Origin: an uncultured Clostridia bacterium
GTDB lineage: Bacteria; Bacillota; Clostridia; TANB77; CAG-508
Length of the DNA stretch: 64,000 nucleotides
Direction of reading: 5' to 3'
Assembly: GCA_947627495.1 (NCBI GenBank)
Contig: CANQWH010000001.1
Span: 5,332-69,331, forward strand
A program made the position numbers and the translations under genes. Numbering within the stretch: position 1 is the stretch's first letter; the number at the start of each line of letters is the position of its first letter. Shown here one piece after another: positions 21,213-33,243 of the stretch. The notes beneath the pieces were generated by a model. The model worked only from the letters and a program-made list of their open reading frames with translations. It made no database searches and was not told where the DNA came from.

Positions 21213-21767
21213 ATGAGGGTAATTAGCGGAAAAGCTAGAGGAAAAAAACTAGTATCTTTAGAAGGATTAAATACGAGGCCAACTCTTGATAGAGTAAAAG
21301 AAGCATTATTTAATATAATACAATTTCAAATAGTAGATAAGAATATATTAGATTTATTTGCAGGAAGTGGAGCAATAGGTATAGAGGCAATAAGCAGAGG
21401 AGCAAAATCAGCAACTTTTTGTGATAATTCAATTGATGCAATAAAAATAATAAAATCTAATATAGATAGTACAAGAAGTACTGATAAATCTATAGTAATA
21501 CATAAAGATTATAGTTTAGCACTAAAGTATCTAGCTAATAACAATAAGCAATTTGATATAATTTATTTAGACCCTCCATATAAAACGGATTTCGCAAATA
21601 AAGCAATAGATGAAATCATAAAATTAAACTTATTGTCAAAAAATGGAATTATAATATTAGAAACAGACGATGACAAAAAAGAAAAAACAATCGAAAAACA
21701 AGGAATTGAAATTTTTGATAGAAGGAAATATGGGCGAGCCATACTCATATTTATTCGAAAGGAGTAA
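21213..21767 (+). CDS. rsmD: 16S rRNA (guanine966-N2)-methyltransferase RsmD
   Basis: MRVISGKARGKKL...RPTLDRVKEALFNI and a DPPY motif. Confidence 0.9.
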   Translation: MRVISGKARGKKLVSLEGLNTRPTLDRVKEALFNIIQFQIVDKNILDLFAGSGAIGIEAISRGAKSATFCDNSIDAIKIIKSNIDSTRSTDKSIVIHKDYSLALKYLANNNKQFDIIYLDPPYKTDFANKAIDEIIKLNLLSKNGIIILETDDDKKEKTIEKQGIEIFDRRKYGRAILIFIRKE

Positions 21768-21771
21768 AAGC

Positions 21772-22230
21772 ATGGAGATTTTTACATTATTAGAAACATT
21801 AGAAGACATATTAGAAAGAAGTAAATCTGTACCATTCACAGAAAAAGCAATTGTAGATAAGGAAGAGGTATTAGAGATAATAAAAGATATAAGATTGAAA
21901 CTTCCAGATGAATTAAAACAAGCAAAATGGGTAAAAGAGGAGAGAGCACGTATATTAGATGAAGCTAAAAAAGAAGGAGAAAATATAGTACGAGAAGCAG
22001 AAAATAGAATTATATCAATGATTGATGAACATGAGATTACAAGAAAGGCATATGAGCAAAAAGCTGAAATAATTGAAACAGCAAACGAAATGTCTAGGGA
22101 AATTACAAAAGGAACAAAGGATTATGCAGATGGAATACTAGAGAATTTAGAAAATGCAATAAATAATATTAATGCATCTATAAGTGAAGCATTAAAGACT
22201 ATTGAACAAAATAGAAGCGAACTAAAATAA
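21772..22230 (+). CDS. Hypothetical 152-aa coiled-coil protein. Only the part from the internal ATG with an AGGAG RBS is considered real, not the ORF-track start at 21670.
   Basis: aaggagtaaaagcATG sits immediately after the rsmD stop. Confidence 0.5.
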   Translation: MEIFTLLETLEDILERSKSVPFTEKAIVDKEEVLEIIKDIRLKLPDELKQAKWVKEERARILDEAKKEGENIVREAENRIISMIDEHEITRKAYEQKAEIIETANEMSREITKGTKDYADGILENLENAINNINASISEALKTIEQNRSELK

Positions 22231-22282
22231 AGAAGAACAAATAGACTAAAAACTTTGTAATACATAAAAATAATATCTAAAA

Positions 22283-22316
22283 GTCAGAAACGTCTCAAGA
22301 ATGTTCTGGCTTTTTA
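22283..22316 (+). terminator. Imperfect hairpin gtcagaaac...gttctggc followed by ttttt
   Basis: A stem with one wobble and one bulge, then a T5 run. Confidence 0.45.
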
Positions 22317-22347
22317 TTGTAAAACAATGAAAAGGAATGAATTTGAT

Positions 22348-24624
22348 ATGGGAAGAAAAAAGAAAAAACAAAAAAGCAACTTAGATATACAAGTAGTAAT
22401 TTTATTTATAGTTAGTATAGTTTTAGGAATTTTAATATATGGAAAACCAGGATATGTAGGACAAAATATAATTCCACAATTAGAATATGCAATTGGTTGG
22501 ATAGAGTATTTAGTACCAATTGCAATATTTGCTGCTGCAGTAAATCTAGCATGTGAAGAGGATAAAAGAACGATAGCTATAAAACTAATGCAATATTTAG
22601 GATTAGTTTTGGCTATAGCGGTTATAATAACAATTTTCCATGGAGACACAGGAATTGTAGGAAAAAGTATAACAGATTATTTTGTTGGATTAGTAGGTAA
22701 GGCAAGTACAGTAATTATTTCAATTGGATTAATAGTAATTCTTTCAGTTTTTATGTATGGTATAGAACCTGCCGAAAAAGTCAAGGAAATAGTAGAAGAA
22801 AGAAAAGGTAAAAATATAGAAAAGAAAGAAAGAAGAGGAAGAACAAGAAGAGAAGACGATGATGAAGATGACGAGGAAGATGATGCAAAAGAAGTATCAG
22901 TAGAACCTAAAATTTCAGGAATTAAAAATAATATAGAGAAATTAAAGGAAAAACAAAAGAGTAAGAAAGAACTTAAAGAATTAGAAAGGAAAGAGGCAGA
23001 AGTATTAGATAACCAGCTAAACATAAAGATGGCAAATGAAGATGGATCAGGAGAATTATTTAAAAAACAAGAAGAAGAAAAAGTAGATAAATCAAAAGAG
23101 GTATTAACGCTAGAACATACATTAACAGTGGAAGATCAAAATTATGAATTTCCACCAATAGATTTCTTAAAAGAGGGTAAGGCAACAGCTAAAAATAGTA
23201 AAAAAGCAATAACAGATACAGCTAGTAAATTACAAAGAACATTACATAGCTTTGGAGTATCTGCAAAGGTAGAAAATGTTTCAGTTGGACCAACAATAAC
23301 ACGTTATGAATTAAAACCAGCAGAAGGTGTAAGAGTAAGCAAAATTGCAAATCTTGCAGATGATATAGCACTTAACTTAGCAGCAGAGAGTATAAGAATT
23401 GAGGCTCCAATACCAGGTAAACAAGCAGTAGGAATTGAAATACCAAATAAAGAAAAAGATATGGTTGTTTTAAGAGATATAATATCAGATAAAAAATTCC
23501 AAGAAGCAAAATCAAAATTATCATTTGCAGTAGGAAGAGATTCAGCAGGAGAAGTAATAGTATCAGACATAGCAAAAATGCCACACGTTTTAATTGCAGG
23601 AAGTACAGGTTCAGGAAAGAGTGTTTGTATAAATACACTTATAACAAGTATTATATATAAAGCAAAACCAAGTGAAGTAAAATTGGTAATGGTAGACCCA
23701 AAAGTAGTTGAATTATCAGTATATAATGGTATTCCACATTTACTTATACCAGTAGTAACAGAACCTAAAAAAGCAGCAGGTGCATTGTCATGGGCTGTAC
23801 AAGAAATGGTAAATAGATATCATTTATTTGCAGAGAAAAATGTAAGAGACATTGTAGGATACAATGAAGCTTTAGAAAGTGAAGGAATAGAAGAAAAACT
23901 TCCACAAATAGTAATAATTATAGATGAGCTGGCAGATTTAATGATGGTTGCAGCAAAAGAAGTTGAAGATGCAATTTGTAGATTAGCACAAATGGCGAGA
24001 GCAGCAGGAATGCACTTAGTAATAGCAACACAAAGACCTTCTGTTGATGTAATAACAGGTGTTATAAAAGCAAATATAGCAAGTAGAATTGCTTTTGCGG
24101 TAACATCAGGAGTGGATTCAAGAACAATATTAGATTCAATAGGTGCAGAAAAATTATTAGGAAAAGGGGACATGCTATTCTATCCATCAGGTACAATAAA
24201 ACCTCAAAGGGTTCAAGGTGCATTTATATCAGATGGAGAAGTTGAAAAAATAGTTACATTCCTAAAGAATAATGGAGGTCCATCATATAGTGATGACATA
24301 TTAGAGAAAATTGAAAAAGCAGATACAACAGACCAAGAGATGGATAGCGATGAAGAAAATGATATGGATGAATTCTTAATGGATGCAATAGATATGGCAG
24401 TTGATATGGGACAAATATCAGCATCAGGGTTACAAAGAAGATTTAAAATAGGTTATACAAGAGCAGGTAGAATAATAGACCAAATGGAGGCAAGAGGAAT
24501 TATTTCGGGATATGAAGGAAGTAAACCAAGAAAAACGCTAATATCAGAAGAAAGATGGCAAGAATTAAAAATGGCAAAACCACCAGCTTCAGCAAATTCA
24601 CAAGAAGATTCACCTAATGAATAA
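22348..24624 (+). CDS. ftsK: DNA translocase FtsK/SpoIIIE
   Basis: N-terminal TM segments, an acidic linker, Walker A GSTGSGKS and a C-terminal gamma (winged-helix) domain. Confidence 0.9.
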   Translation: MGRKKKKQKSNLDIQVVILFIVSIVLGILIYGKPGYVGQNIIPQLEYAIGWIEYLVPIAIFAAAVNLACEEDKRTIAIKLMQYLGLVLAIAVIITIFHGDTGIVGKSITDYFVGLVGKASTVIISIGLIVILSVFMYGIEPAEKVKEIVEERKGKNIEKKERRGRTRREDDDEDDEEDDAKEVSVEPKISGIKNNIEKLKEKQKSKKELKELERKEAEVLDNQLNIKMANEDGSGELFKKQEEEKVDKSKEVLTLEHTLTVEDQNYEFPPIDFLKEGKATAKNSKKAITDTASKLQRTLHSFGVSAKVENVSVGPTITRYELKPAEGVRVSKIANLADDIALNLAAESIRIEAPIPGKQAVGIEIPNKEKDMVVLRDIISDKKFQEAKSKLSFAVGRDSAGEVIVSDIAKMPHVLIAGSTGSGKSVCINTLITSIIYKAKPSEVKLVMVDPKVVELSVYNGIPHLLIPVVTEPKKAAGALSWAVQEMVNRYHLFAEKNVRDIVGYNEALESEGIEEKLPQIVIIIDELADLMMVAAKEVEDAICRLAQMARAAGMHLVIATQRPSVDVITGVIKANIASRIAFAVTSGVDSRTILDSIGAEKLLGKGDMLFYPSGTIKPQRVQGAFISDGEVEKIVTFLKNNGGPSYSDDILEKIEKADTTDQEMDSDEENDMDEFLMDAIDMAVDMGQISASGLQRRFKIGYTRAGRIIDQMEARGIISGYEGSKPRKTLISEERWQELKMAKPPASANSQEDSPNE

Positions 24625-24690
24625 ATGTTTATTGTAAATATGAAATTTAATTCTTTTTAAAGTCAAAATTTTTAAGAAAAGGAGAAGAAA

Positions 24691-26041
24691 ATGCAAAAAA
24701 AAGTAGCATTCTATACTTTACGGTTGTAAGGTTAATCAATATGAAACAAATGCAATAATACAGCAATTTATAAAAAAGAATTATCAAGTTGTAGACTTTG
24801 AAGAAAAAGCAGATATATATGTAATAAATACTTGTACAGTTACAAATATGGCAGATAAAAAGTCAAGACAAATTATAAGACATGCCAAACAACAAAATAA
24901 TAATGCAATAGTTGTTGCAACAGGCTGCTATGCAGAAGTTAATAAACCAGAATTAGAAAAAATAGAAGAATTAGATTTAATAGTTGGAAATGCAGAAAAA
25001 GGCCATTTGATTGATATTGTAGAAAAATATTTTGAAAATATAACAAATAATTTAAAGAATGAAACAGAGAAACAAGATTTAATATATAAAATACAAAATG
25101 ACATAAAAATTGAAGAAGAAAAAGAATTTTCAGATTTTGGAACAGTAACATATACAGAGAAGACCAGAGCTGTAATAAAAGTACAAGACGGGTGTGATAA
25201 TTTTTGTTCATATTGCATAATACCTTATGCAAAAGGAAGAGTAAGAAGTAGAAAGCCAGAAAGCGTAATAAAAGAAGTAAGGGAAATTGTAAAAAACGGA
25301 ATTAAAGAAGTAGTAATAACTGGTATTCATGTTGCATCATATGGTAAGGACTTCAAAGATGACACTAGACTAATAGATTTACTAGAACAAATAAATAAAG
25401 TAGAAGGACTAAAAAGAGTTAGATTAGGTTCTTTAGAACCTAATTTAATAACAGAAGAATTTGTAAATAGATTAGAAAATGTAGATAAGATATGTGATCA
25501 TTTTCATCTATCTTTACAAAGTGGTTGTAATGAAACATTAAAAAGAATGAATAGAAAGTATACCGTGGAAGAATTTGAATATGGTGTAAATTTGTTAAGA
25601 AATAAATTTAATAATGTAGCATTAACAACTGATATAATAGTAGGTTTCCCTGGAGAAACAGAAGAAGAATTTAATACCACGTATAAATTCTTAGAAAAGA
25701 TAAAATTTAGTAAAATGCATGTATTTAAATATTCCATGAGAAAAGGAACTGTTGCTGCAAGGATGAAGGAACAAATAAGTCCAGAGATTAAAGAAGTAAG
25801 AAGTAATAAATTAATAGAATTATCAAATAAGAATGAAATAGAATTTTTAGAGAAATACATAGGAAAAAAGTTACAGATTCTTTTTGAGTCTACAATTCAC
25901 GATAATTATATACAAGGACATACAACTAACTATATAAGTGTAAAGACACAAGGAGATAGTTTAGAAAATACAATACAATCTGTAAATATTACTAAAAGAG
26001 ATGGGTTAGAACTTGTTGGAATAGTAGAGAAAAAAATGTAA
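24691..26041 (+). pseudogene. mtaB: tRNA methylthiotransferase MtaB (MiaB-family radical SAM), interrupted by a +1 frameshift from an extra C at 24721.
   Basis: The N-terminus MQKKVAFYTL is followed by cgg ttg taa. Deleting c24721 restores the conserved LGCKVNQYETN...VINTCTV run, which joins the 397-aa downstream ORF. Confidence 0.8.
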
Positions 26042-26210
26042 TATTTTTGTAACATATATGTAACAAAAATGTAAAGAAAATATTGGCAAAAACTATTGAT
26101 TATTGGAAAAAAATGTAGTATAAGTAATTATGAAGATAAAGAGAGATTAAACAAATTGAAAATTACTAAAGAAAATCTCAAAAATAATACTTTAAAAGGG
26201 AGGAAAAATA

Positions 26211-26546
26211 ATGAAAGAAGTATCAAAATTTATTCCAATGGAGGGAAATGATGAGAACATAGGTGAAAATACAGGAATAGAGAATGCAGGAAATGGTGGA
26301 GTAGGAAATGGAAACTCTGCTTTTAGAGTATGCAGTACTAATGGCTCAAACTTACCAGCAAAACCTTCATTCTGGTCTAAGCTAAAAAGCATTTTAACAT
26401 ATGAAATAAAAGTTGAATTAACACCATATCAACAAAAAGTAGAAGATGAAATAAATGAATTTTTACACCAAGATATTACATGGCAAAGTTTCAAAAACTT
26501 CTTATTCCAAGATGTAACATTTGGAAAAAAGAAAACTAATGTATAA
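26211..26546 (+). CDS. Hypothetical 111-aa protein with a Gly/Asn-rich N-terminus
   Basis: The ORF has RBS gggagg and is followed by a strong terminator. Confidence 0.4.
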   Translation: MKEVSKFIPMEGNDENIGENTGIENAGNGGVGNGNSAFRVCSTNGSNLPAKPSFWSKLKSILTYEIKVELTPYQQKVEDEINEFLHQDITWQSFKNFLFQDVTFGKKKTNV

Positions 26547-26554
26547 TGAAAAAT

Positions 26555-26590
26555 AAAAAACGAATTGTAGAAACATACAATTCGTTTTTT
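26555..26590. terminator. Bidirectional rho-independent terminator acgaattgta-loop-tacaattcgt flanked by A/T runs. It is shared by ORF 26211 and ssrA.
   Basis: A 10-bp perfect stem with T6 on the plus strand and A7 on the plus-strand 5' side. Confidence 0.7.
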
Positions 26591-26945
26591 TGGTGGAGAT
26601 GGAGGGAGTTGAACCCTCGTCCAATATTCTATTCATACAAACTTCTACGAGTGTAGTTTATTATTAAACATTCCCTTAAATTCTAGCAAATAAACACGCT
26701 TGAATTTTTGGTAGCCTTTTAATACCCATTATTCTCAAGGCAAAGAATAATTTTGTTTCCTACTTTAATCGACGCCTTATCTATACCAGTAGGCCTTATA
26801 GTAAGACGACGTTGCAACTAGGCAGCGTATGCTAATTCATTATCAGCGTTTATTTTTAATTTCGCTTTTTTATAGTGGCCAAAGCGACCATCCACTACTC
26901 GCTATCTATACTTCAAAAATACTGTCGAAACCAAAATACATCCCC
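26591..26945 (-). ncRNA. ssrA: tmRNA (SsrA). The tag reading frame ends ...A-D-N-E-L-A-Y-A-A-stop.
   Basis: The reverse complement ends GGGTTCAACTCCCTCCATCTCCACCA (T-arm plus CCA) and begins GGGGATGTATTTTGGTTTCGACAG. An internal gct gat aat gaa tta gca tac gct gcc tag encodes the tag. Confidence 0.9.
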
Positions 26946-26957
26946 ATATACTTTAAT

Positions 26958-26986
26958 ATTATACAACTTTTTTAAAATATATGCAA
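26958..26986 (-). promoter_or_regulatory. Putative ssrA promoter TTGCAT-17-TATAAT on the minus strand
   Basis: Reverse complement of atgcaa ... attata. Confidence 0.5.
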
Positions 26987-27020
26987 TAGAAAAATTTGCT
27001 ACAATTCACCGCTACATATA

Positions 27021-27054
27021 AAAGTCCGCCAAACTCCTCAAGTTTGGCTATTTT
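27021..27054. repeat. Family A solo-terminus footprint aaagtccgccaaactc/ctcaagtttggctatttt, with the two ends juxtaposed and no core.
   Basis: Matches both A termini. Confidence 0.7.
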
Positions 27055-27130
27055 AGGCATATAATAGGCAGTAAATTGTAATAAGAGTGTCCTGTAATTT
27101 ACAATAAAAAAAACCCAAATATTTGGGCTT

Positions 27131-27207
27131 TGGTAGCGAGAAGTGGATTCGAACCACCGACCTGTCGGGTATGAACCGAATGCTCTAGCCAACTGAGCTA
27201 TCTCGCC
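27131..27207 (-). tRNA. tRNA-Met (anticodon CAT). Elongator type is most likely, but Ile-lysidine cannot be excluded.
   Basis: Reverse complement GGCGAGATAGCTCAGTTGGCTAGAGCATTCGGTTCATACCCGACAGGTCGGTGGTTCGAATCCACTTCTCGCTACCA. It folds as a cloverleaf with anticodon loop TTCATAC. Confidence 0.85.
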
Positions 27208-27219
27208 ATGAACTATCTT

Positions 27220-27248
27220 ATTATACATATTTTTCTCGCATTTGTCAA
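27220..27248 (-). promoter_or_regulatory. Consensus promoter TTGACA-17-TATAAT on the minus strand, 12 nt upstream of tRNA-Met.
   Basis: Reverse complement of tgtcaa ... attata. Confidence 0.55.
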
Positions 27249-27297
27249 TAAAAATTGCAAAAAAAATATATTTTATTGCACAAATAGCAAAAAAATA

Positions 27298-27326
27298 TTG
27301 ACAAGTAGCTATTTTTCCTATATAAT
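27298..27326 (+). promoter_or_regulatory. Consensus promoter TTGACA-17-TATAAT for rpsU, with an A/T-rich UP-like tract upstream.
   Basis: Exact hexamers. Confidence 0.6.
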
Positions 27327-27380
27327 TATACAAGTTATGGAAAATCCCAAATGAAAGCAAATCGAGGGGAGGGAATATAA

Positions 27381-27551
27381 ATGGCAGAAATTAAAGTAAA
27401 TAATGGAAATATAGAAGACGCATTAAAAAGATTTAAAAGGCAATGCGTAAGAAACGGTGTATTACAAGAGGTAAGAAAAAGAGAACATTATGAAAAACCA
27501 AGTGTTAAGAGAAAGAAAAAATCAGAAGCAGCACGTAAAAGAAAATTTTAA
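27381..27551 (+). CDS. rpsU: 30S ribosomal protein S21, 56 aa. It is not in the ORF track because it is under 60 aa.
   Basis: [56 protein letters not shown] with RBS gaggggaggg. Confidence 0.9.
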   Translation: MAEIKVNNGNIEDALKRFKRQCVRNGVLQEVRKREHYEKPSVKRKKKSEAARKRKF

Positions 27552-27564
27552 ATACATATAAATG

Positions 27565-27597
27565 GAGGTTAAGAATAAATTTAACCTCTATTTTTTT
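27565..27597 (+). terminator. Rho-independent terminator gaggttaa-loop-ttaacctc followed by T7
   Basis: An 8-bp stem followed by ttttttt. Confidence 0.75.
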
Positions 27598-27767
27598 ATC
27601 AAAACTATTGAAAAAGAAGATAGTATAATTTAAAATAGAATAGGAAAAAATAAACAAAGCAAAAACAAGTTTATATATACAACTTAAAGATTGTAACAAC
27701 TAAGGTGATGCCTAAATTATAAAAGCAGTAGTTATATATTTATTAAAAGATGAAAGGATGTTGTAAT

Positions 27768-29042
27768 ATGTCATACGAGATAAAAGAAATAAAAAATGGA
27801 ATAAAAACCCATTTTATAGAAACAAATAAATTTAAAACAAATTTATTTGCCATCTTTTTAACAATACCAATAAACAGAGAAAGTGTAACACAAAATGCGC
27901 TTATACCAGCGGTTTTAAGAAGAGGAACAGAAAATTTAAAAACACAAGAAGAAATAAGCATAAGGTTAGAAAATATGTATGGAGCAAGCCTAGATTGTGG
28001 TATAGAAAAAATAGGAGATAATCAAATACTTAAATTTTATTTAGAAACATTAAATGATAATTTCTTACCACAAGTAGAAAATTTAAGTAAAAGAGCAATA
28101 GAATTAATGCTAGATGTAGTATTAAATCCTTTAAAAGAAAACAACGCATTTAAAAAGGAATATGTTGATGCTGAGAAAAAAACTATTAAAAGAATTATAG
28201 AAGGAAGAATAGATAATAAGGATTTATATTCTTATACTAGATGTATAGAAGAAATGTATAAAGATAAGCCATACGGATTATATAAATATGGATATATTGA
28301 AGATTTAGAAAAAATAAATGCAGAGAATTTATATGAAAGTTATCAAAAATTATTAAGTGAAGCAAAGATAGATATATTTGTTTCAGGAAATTTTGAAAAT
28401 AACGAAATAATAAATGATATAGAGCAAAATGAAAATATCAAAAAACTAAATGAGAGAGAAGATAAACATGTAATAAATACAGAAGAAACTGAAAAGAAAG
28501 AAAAAGTAGAAGTAAATACTCTGCAAGAATCAAAAGATGTAACACAAGGAAAACTTGTTATAGGTTTAGATGTAGACTTTTATAAGCCAGATTCAAAATA
28601 TGCAATATGTTTATATAATGTAATTTTAGGAGAAAGTGCTACTTCTAAGATGTTTCAAAATGTAAGAGAAAAAGCTGGACTTGCATATTCAGCAAGGTCA
28701 ACATATTTAAGACAGAAAAATAACATTTTTATTAGAGCGGGAATAGAAATTGAAAACTATGAAAAAGCTTTAGATATAATTAAAGAGCAATTGGAAGACA
28801 TGAGAAAAGGAAACTTTACAGATGAAGAAATAGAAAATGCAAAAAAATATATGGTATCTGGAATAAAAACAGTACAAGATGAACAAGACTCAGAAATAAC
28901 ATATTATTTAGGTCAGGAATTATCAGGAAGATTAATGAGCTTTGAGGACTATATGAAAAAAATATCTGATGTAACAAGAGAGCAGATAGTAGAAATTGCA
29001 AATAGTATAAATATGAATACAATTTACTTTTTAAAAAATTAA
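27768..29042 (+). CDS. Peptidase M16 family protein (insulinase-like, no HxxEH motif, probably the non-catalytic partner)
   Basis: M16 fold-like sequence without the zinc motif, paired with a catalytic M16 gene downstream. Confidence 0.7.
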   Translation: MSYEIKEIKNGIKTHFIETNKFKTNLFAIFLTIPINRESVTQNALIPAVLRRGTENLKTQEEISIRLENMYGASLDCGIEKIGDNQILKFYLETLNDNFLPQVENLSKRAIELMLDVVLNPLKENNAFKKEYVDAEKKTIKRIIEGRIDNKDLYSYTRCIEEMYKDKPYGLYKYGYIEDLEKINAENLYESYQKLLSEAKIDIFVSGNFENNEIINDIEQNENIKKLNEREDKHVINTEETEKKEKVEVNTLQESKDVTQGKLVIGLDVDFYKPDSKYAICLYNVILGESATSKMFQNVREKAGLAYSARSTYLRQKNNIFIRAGIEIENYEKALDIIKEQLEDMRKGNFTDEEIENAKKYMVSGIKTVQDEQDSEITYYLGQELSGRLMSFEDYMKKISDVTREQIVEIANSINMNTIYFLKN

Positions 29043-29060
29043 TAAGGAAAAGGTGAGATT

Positions 29061-31357
<2,297 letters not shown>

Positions 31358-31386
31358 AACATAAAAATATGGAAGAATTAAACACT

Positions 31387-31524
31387 AAAGTAGCCAAACG
31401 TCGGGGTTTCATATTTTTTTCGAAAGAAAATAATCAAACAGCCTGCTGCTTACGGATTACCCGCGTAGCCATTTTGATTTTTTCTTAAGAAAAAAATATG
31501 AAACCCCGACGAGATTTGGCGGAT
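31387..31524. repeat. Repeat family A copy, core variant 2
   Basis: About 95% identical to 12563-12704. Confidence 0.85.
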
Positions 31525-31531
31525 TATATAT

Positions 31532-31987
31532 CTACTCTAAATTTTTTTCACTTAGTTGTTTTCTAATTCTTATTTCCGCATCACGTTTAGCAATGTCATC
31601 ACGTTTATCATAAAGTTTTTTACCTTTTCCAATACCAAGTTCAACCTTAACAAAGTTTCCTTTAAAATATAAACTTATAGGTATTAAAGAATAACCTTTT
31701 TGTTTAATTTGACCTACTAATTTATTAAACTCATTTTTATTAACTAACAACTTTCTATCTCTTAAAGGGTCTTTATTATATATATTTCCAAATTCATAAG
31801 GACTTATATGCATATTATAGATAAAAAGTTCGCCATTTCTAATTCCTGCATAGCTATCTTTTAAATTCACCTTCCCATTTCTTATAGATTTTATTTCAGT
31901 TCCATACAAAACAATACCAGTTTCTATTGTATCAATAATAGTATAATTATGTTTTGCTGTTGGATTTTTTGCAATTAACTTAGACAT
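31532..31987 (-). CDS. smpB: SsrA-binding protein SmpB
   Basis: A 151-aa protein [27 protein letters not shown] with a K/R-rich C-terminal tail. Confidence 0.95.
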   Translation of the reverse strand: MSKLIAKNPTAKHNYTIIDTIETGIVLYGTEIKSIRNGKVNLKDSYAGIRNGELFIYNMHISPYEFGNIYNKDPLRDRKLLVNKNEFNKLVGQIKQKGYSLIPISLYFKGNFVKVELGIGKGKKLYDKRDDIAKRDAEIRIRKQLSEKNLE

Positions 31988-32096
31988 TTTAAATCACCTA
32001 TTCTAAGTACATATAATACAATTACTCGTATTTATGTACGCTTTTTTAAATAAATATGAAAATATTATACCATATTTATTTAAAAAAGTGAAACTT

Positions 32097-32552
32097 TTAT
32101 TCATCATGGTGTGTATTACTGTTTTGTGTACCATAGTACCAAACTAAACCAATTATAACTATTGCAGCTATTGCAATTATTAACCAAATCCATAAAGTAT
32201 TTGCGTTATCAGTTGCAGCACCAGTAGTTGTTGTAGCATCAGCTGTAGTTCTAGTTGCAGTATAATCACCTGTAGTTGCCATTCCAGTATCATCAGTTAC
32301 TCTGTCATTATCATCTCCGTGTGAAGGATCATCTTGTTTTTTGTCATCCATATTTAAAGCATCTTCAACACCGTTTTCAGCGTTTCCTATACCGTTACGT
32401 ACATCAGAACCTAGGTTGTTAACACCATCAACTATTGCATTTGTAGTATCACTAACTGCATTTTTTACATCATTAGTAGCATAGACGAAACTTGAACATA
32501 CGAATATAACGAAAAGAATTGCAGATACTAATATAAAACTTTTTTTATTCAT
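32097..32552 (-). CDS. Hypothetical secreted/anchored protein with a signal peptide, short N/G/D-rich repeats, an Asp-rich segment, a Thr-rich segment and a C-terminal TM helix.
   Basis: Read from the translation. RBS ggaggt is present. Confidence 0.55.
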   Translation of the reverse strand: MNKKSFILVSAILFVIFVCSSFVYATNDVKNAVSDTTNAIVDGVNNLGSDVRNGIGNAENGVEDALNMDDKKQDDPSHGDDNDRVTDDTGMATTGDYTATRTTADATTTTGAATDNANTLWIWLIIAIAAIVIIGLVWYYGTQNSNTHHDE

Positions 32553-32616
32553 TAATTTTACCTCCTATTTTTAGAATTCAATAATATTATTAAAAAAATA
32601 GGTAAAAAATATGCAT

Positions 32617-32649
32617 AAAAAAATTGCCTTTTCATACATAAAAAGGCAA
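32617..32649 (-). terminator. Rho-independent terminator (minus strand) ttgcctttt-loop-aaaaggcaa with a U-run
   Basis: A 9-bp stem. Confidence 0.7.
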
Positions 32650-32654
32650 ATAAT

Positions 32655-32978
32655 TTAACGAATTTTTATTAATATGGCAATACTTAAAAATATTAAAACA
32701 ATTCCAACAGAAATTAAAATTATGTTTATAATATCAGAAACAGTTAATTCAAAATTATCACTTGTTTCAGTTGTAGAAACTTTTGTAGGTGTAATTGGAG
32801 TTGTAATAGGATTTTCTATATTATTATCATTAGTATTATTAGTATTAACATAGTTATTAGAGAAAATATTTTGATTGCTATTGTTTATATTCATATCAAT
32901 ATCAACAGCAAGTACAGAAGATATATTAATTATAAATAAACAAGTTAAAATTAAAAAAATTCTTAAAAATTTTTTCAT
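32655..32978 (-). CDS. Hypothetical small secreted/anchored protein of 107 aa, with a signal peptide, an Asn-rich low-complexity region, a Thr/Pro segment and a C-terminal TM.
   Basis: Read from the translation. RBS aaaggaa is present. Confidence 0.5.
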   Translation of the reverse strand: MKKFLRIFLILTCLFIINISSVLAVDIDMNINNSNQNIFSNNYVNTNNTNDNNIENPITTPITPTKVSTTETSDNFELTVSDIINIILISVGIVLIFLSIAILIKIR

Positions 32979-33028
32979 TTGAATAAATCATTCCTTTCAT
33001 AAGTTGTTACAATTCAATGCTATATATA

Positions 33029-33084
33029 AAAGTCCTCCAAACTTGAAAGGAGCTTTCATATTTTTTTCTGAGTTTTGCTACTTT
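33029..33084. repeat. Family A deletion derivative (termini only), followed by the conserved A-flank motif
   Basis: aaagtcctccaaacttgaaaggagc ... gttttgctacttt. Confidence 0.65.
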
Positions 33085-33175
33085 GTGCATATAATAGACT
33101 GTAAATTGTAATTATAAGTTCCATATATATAATACACAAAAAATTAAAGTTTGTCTAGTATAAAATAAAAAATAT

Positions 33176-33205
33176 TTACACTTTAGTAAAAATGTGATAT
33201 TATAT
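33176..33205 (+). promoter_or_regulatory. Putative promoter TTTACA-17-TATTAT with a TGn extension upstream of whiA
   Basis: Hexamer match. Confidence 0.4.
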
Positions 33206-33243
33206 ATAAGGACTAGTTTACAGAAAATATGAAAGGAACGTGA

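Noticed and set aside
21670-21771. ORF-track N-terminal extension of ORF 21670-22230 overlapping the rsmD 3' end
   Set aside because: The extension has no RBS and overlaps rsmD in another frame. A strong AGGAG RBS precedes the internal ATG at 21772, right after the rsmD stop.
26042-26100. Triple TGTAAC/TGTAAA direct half-sites upstream of ORF 26211 as a regulator binding site
   Set aside because: The motif is short and AT-rich and occurs in a single copy, so chance occurrence is high in about 28% GC DNA.
26211-26960. Genomic island integrated at the tmRNA 3' end
   Set aside because: There is no integrase, no phage or mobile genes, and no direct repeat of the ssrA 3' end. The neighbouring genes (mtaB, a small ORF) look native, and the composition is uniform.
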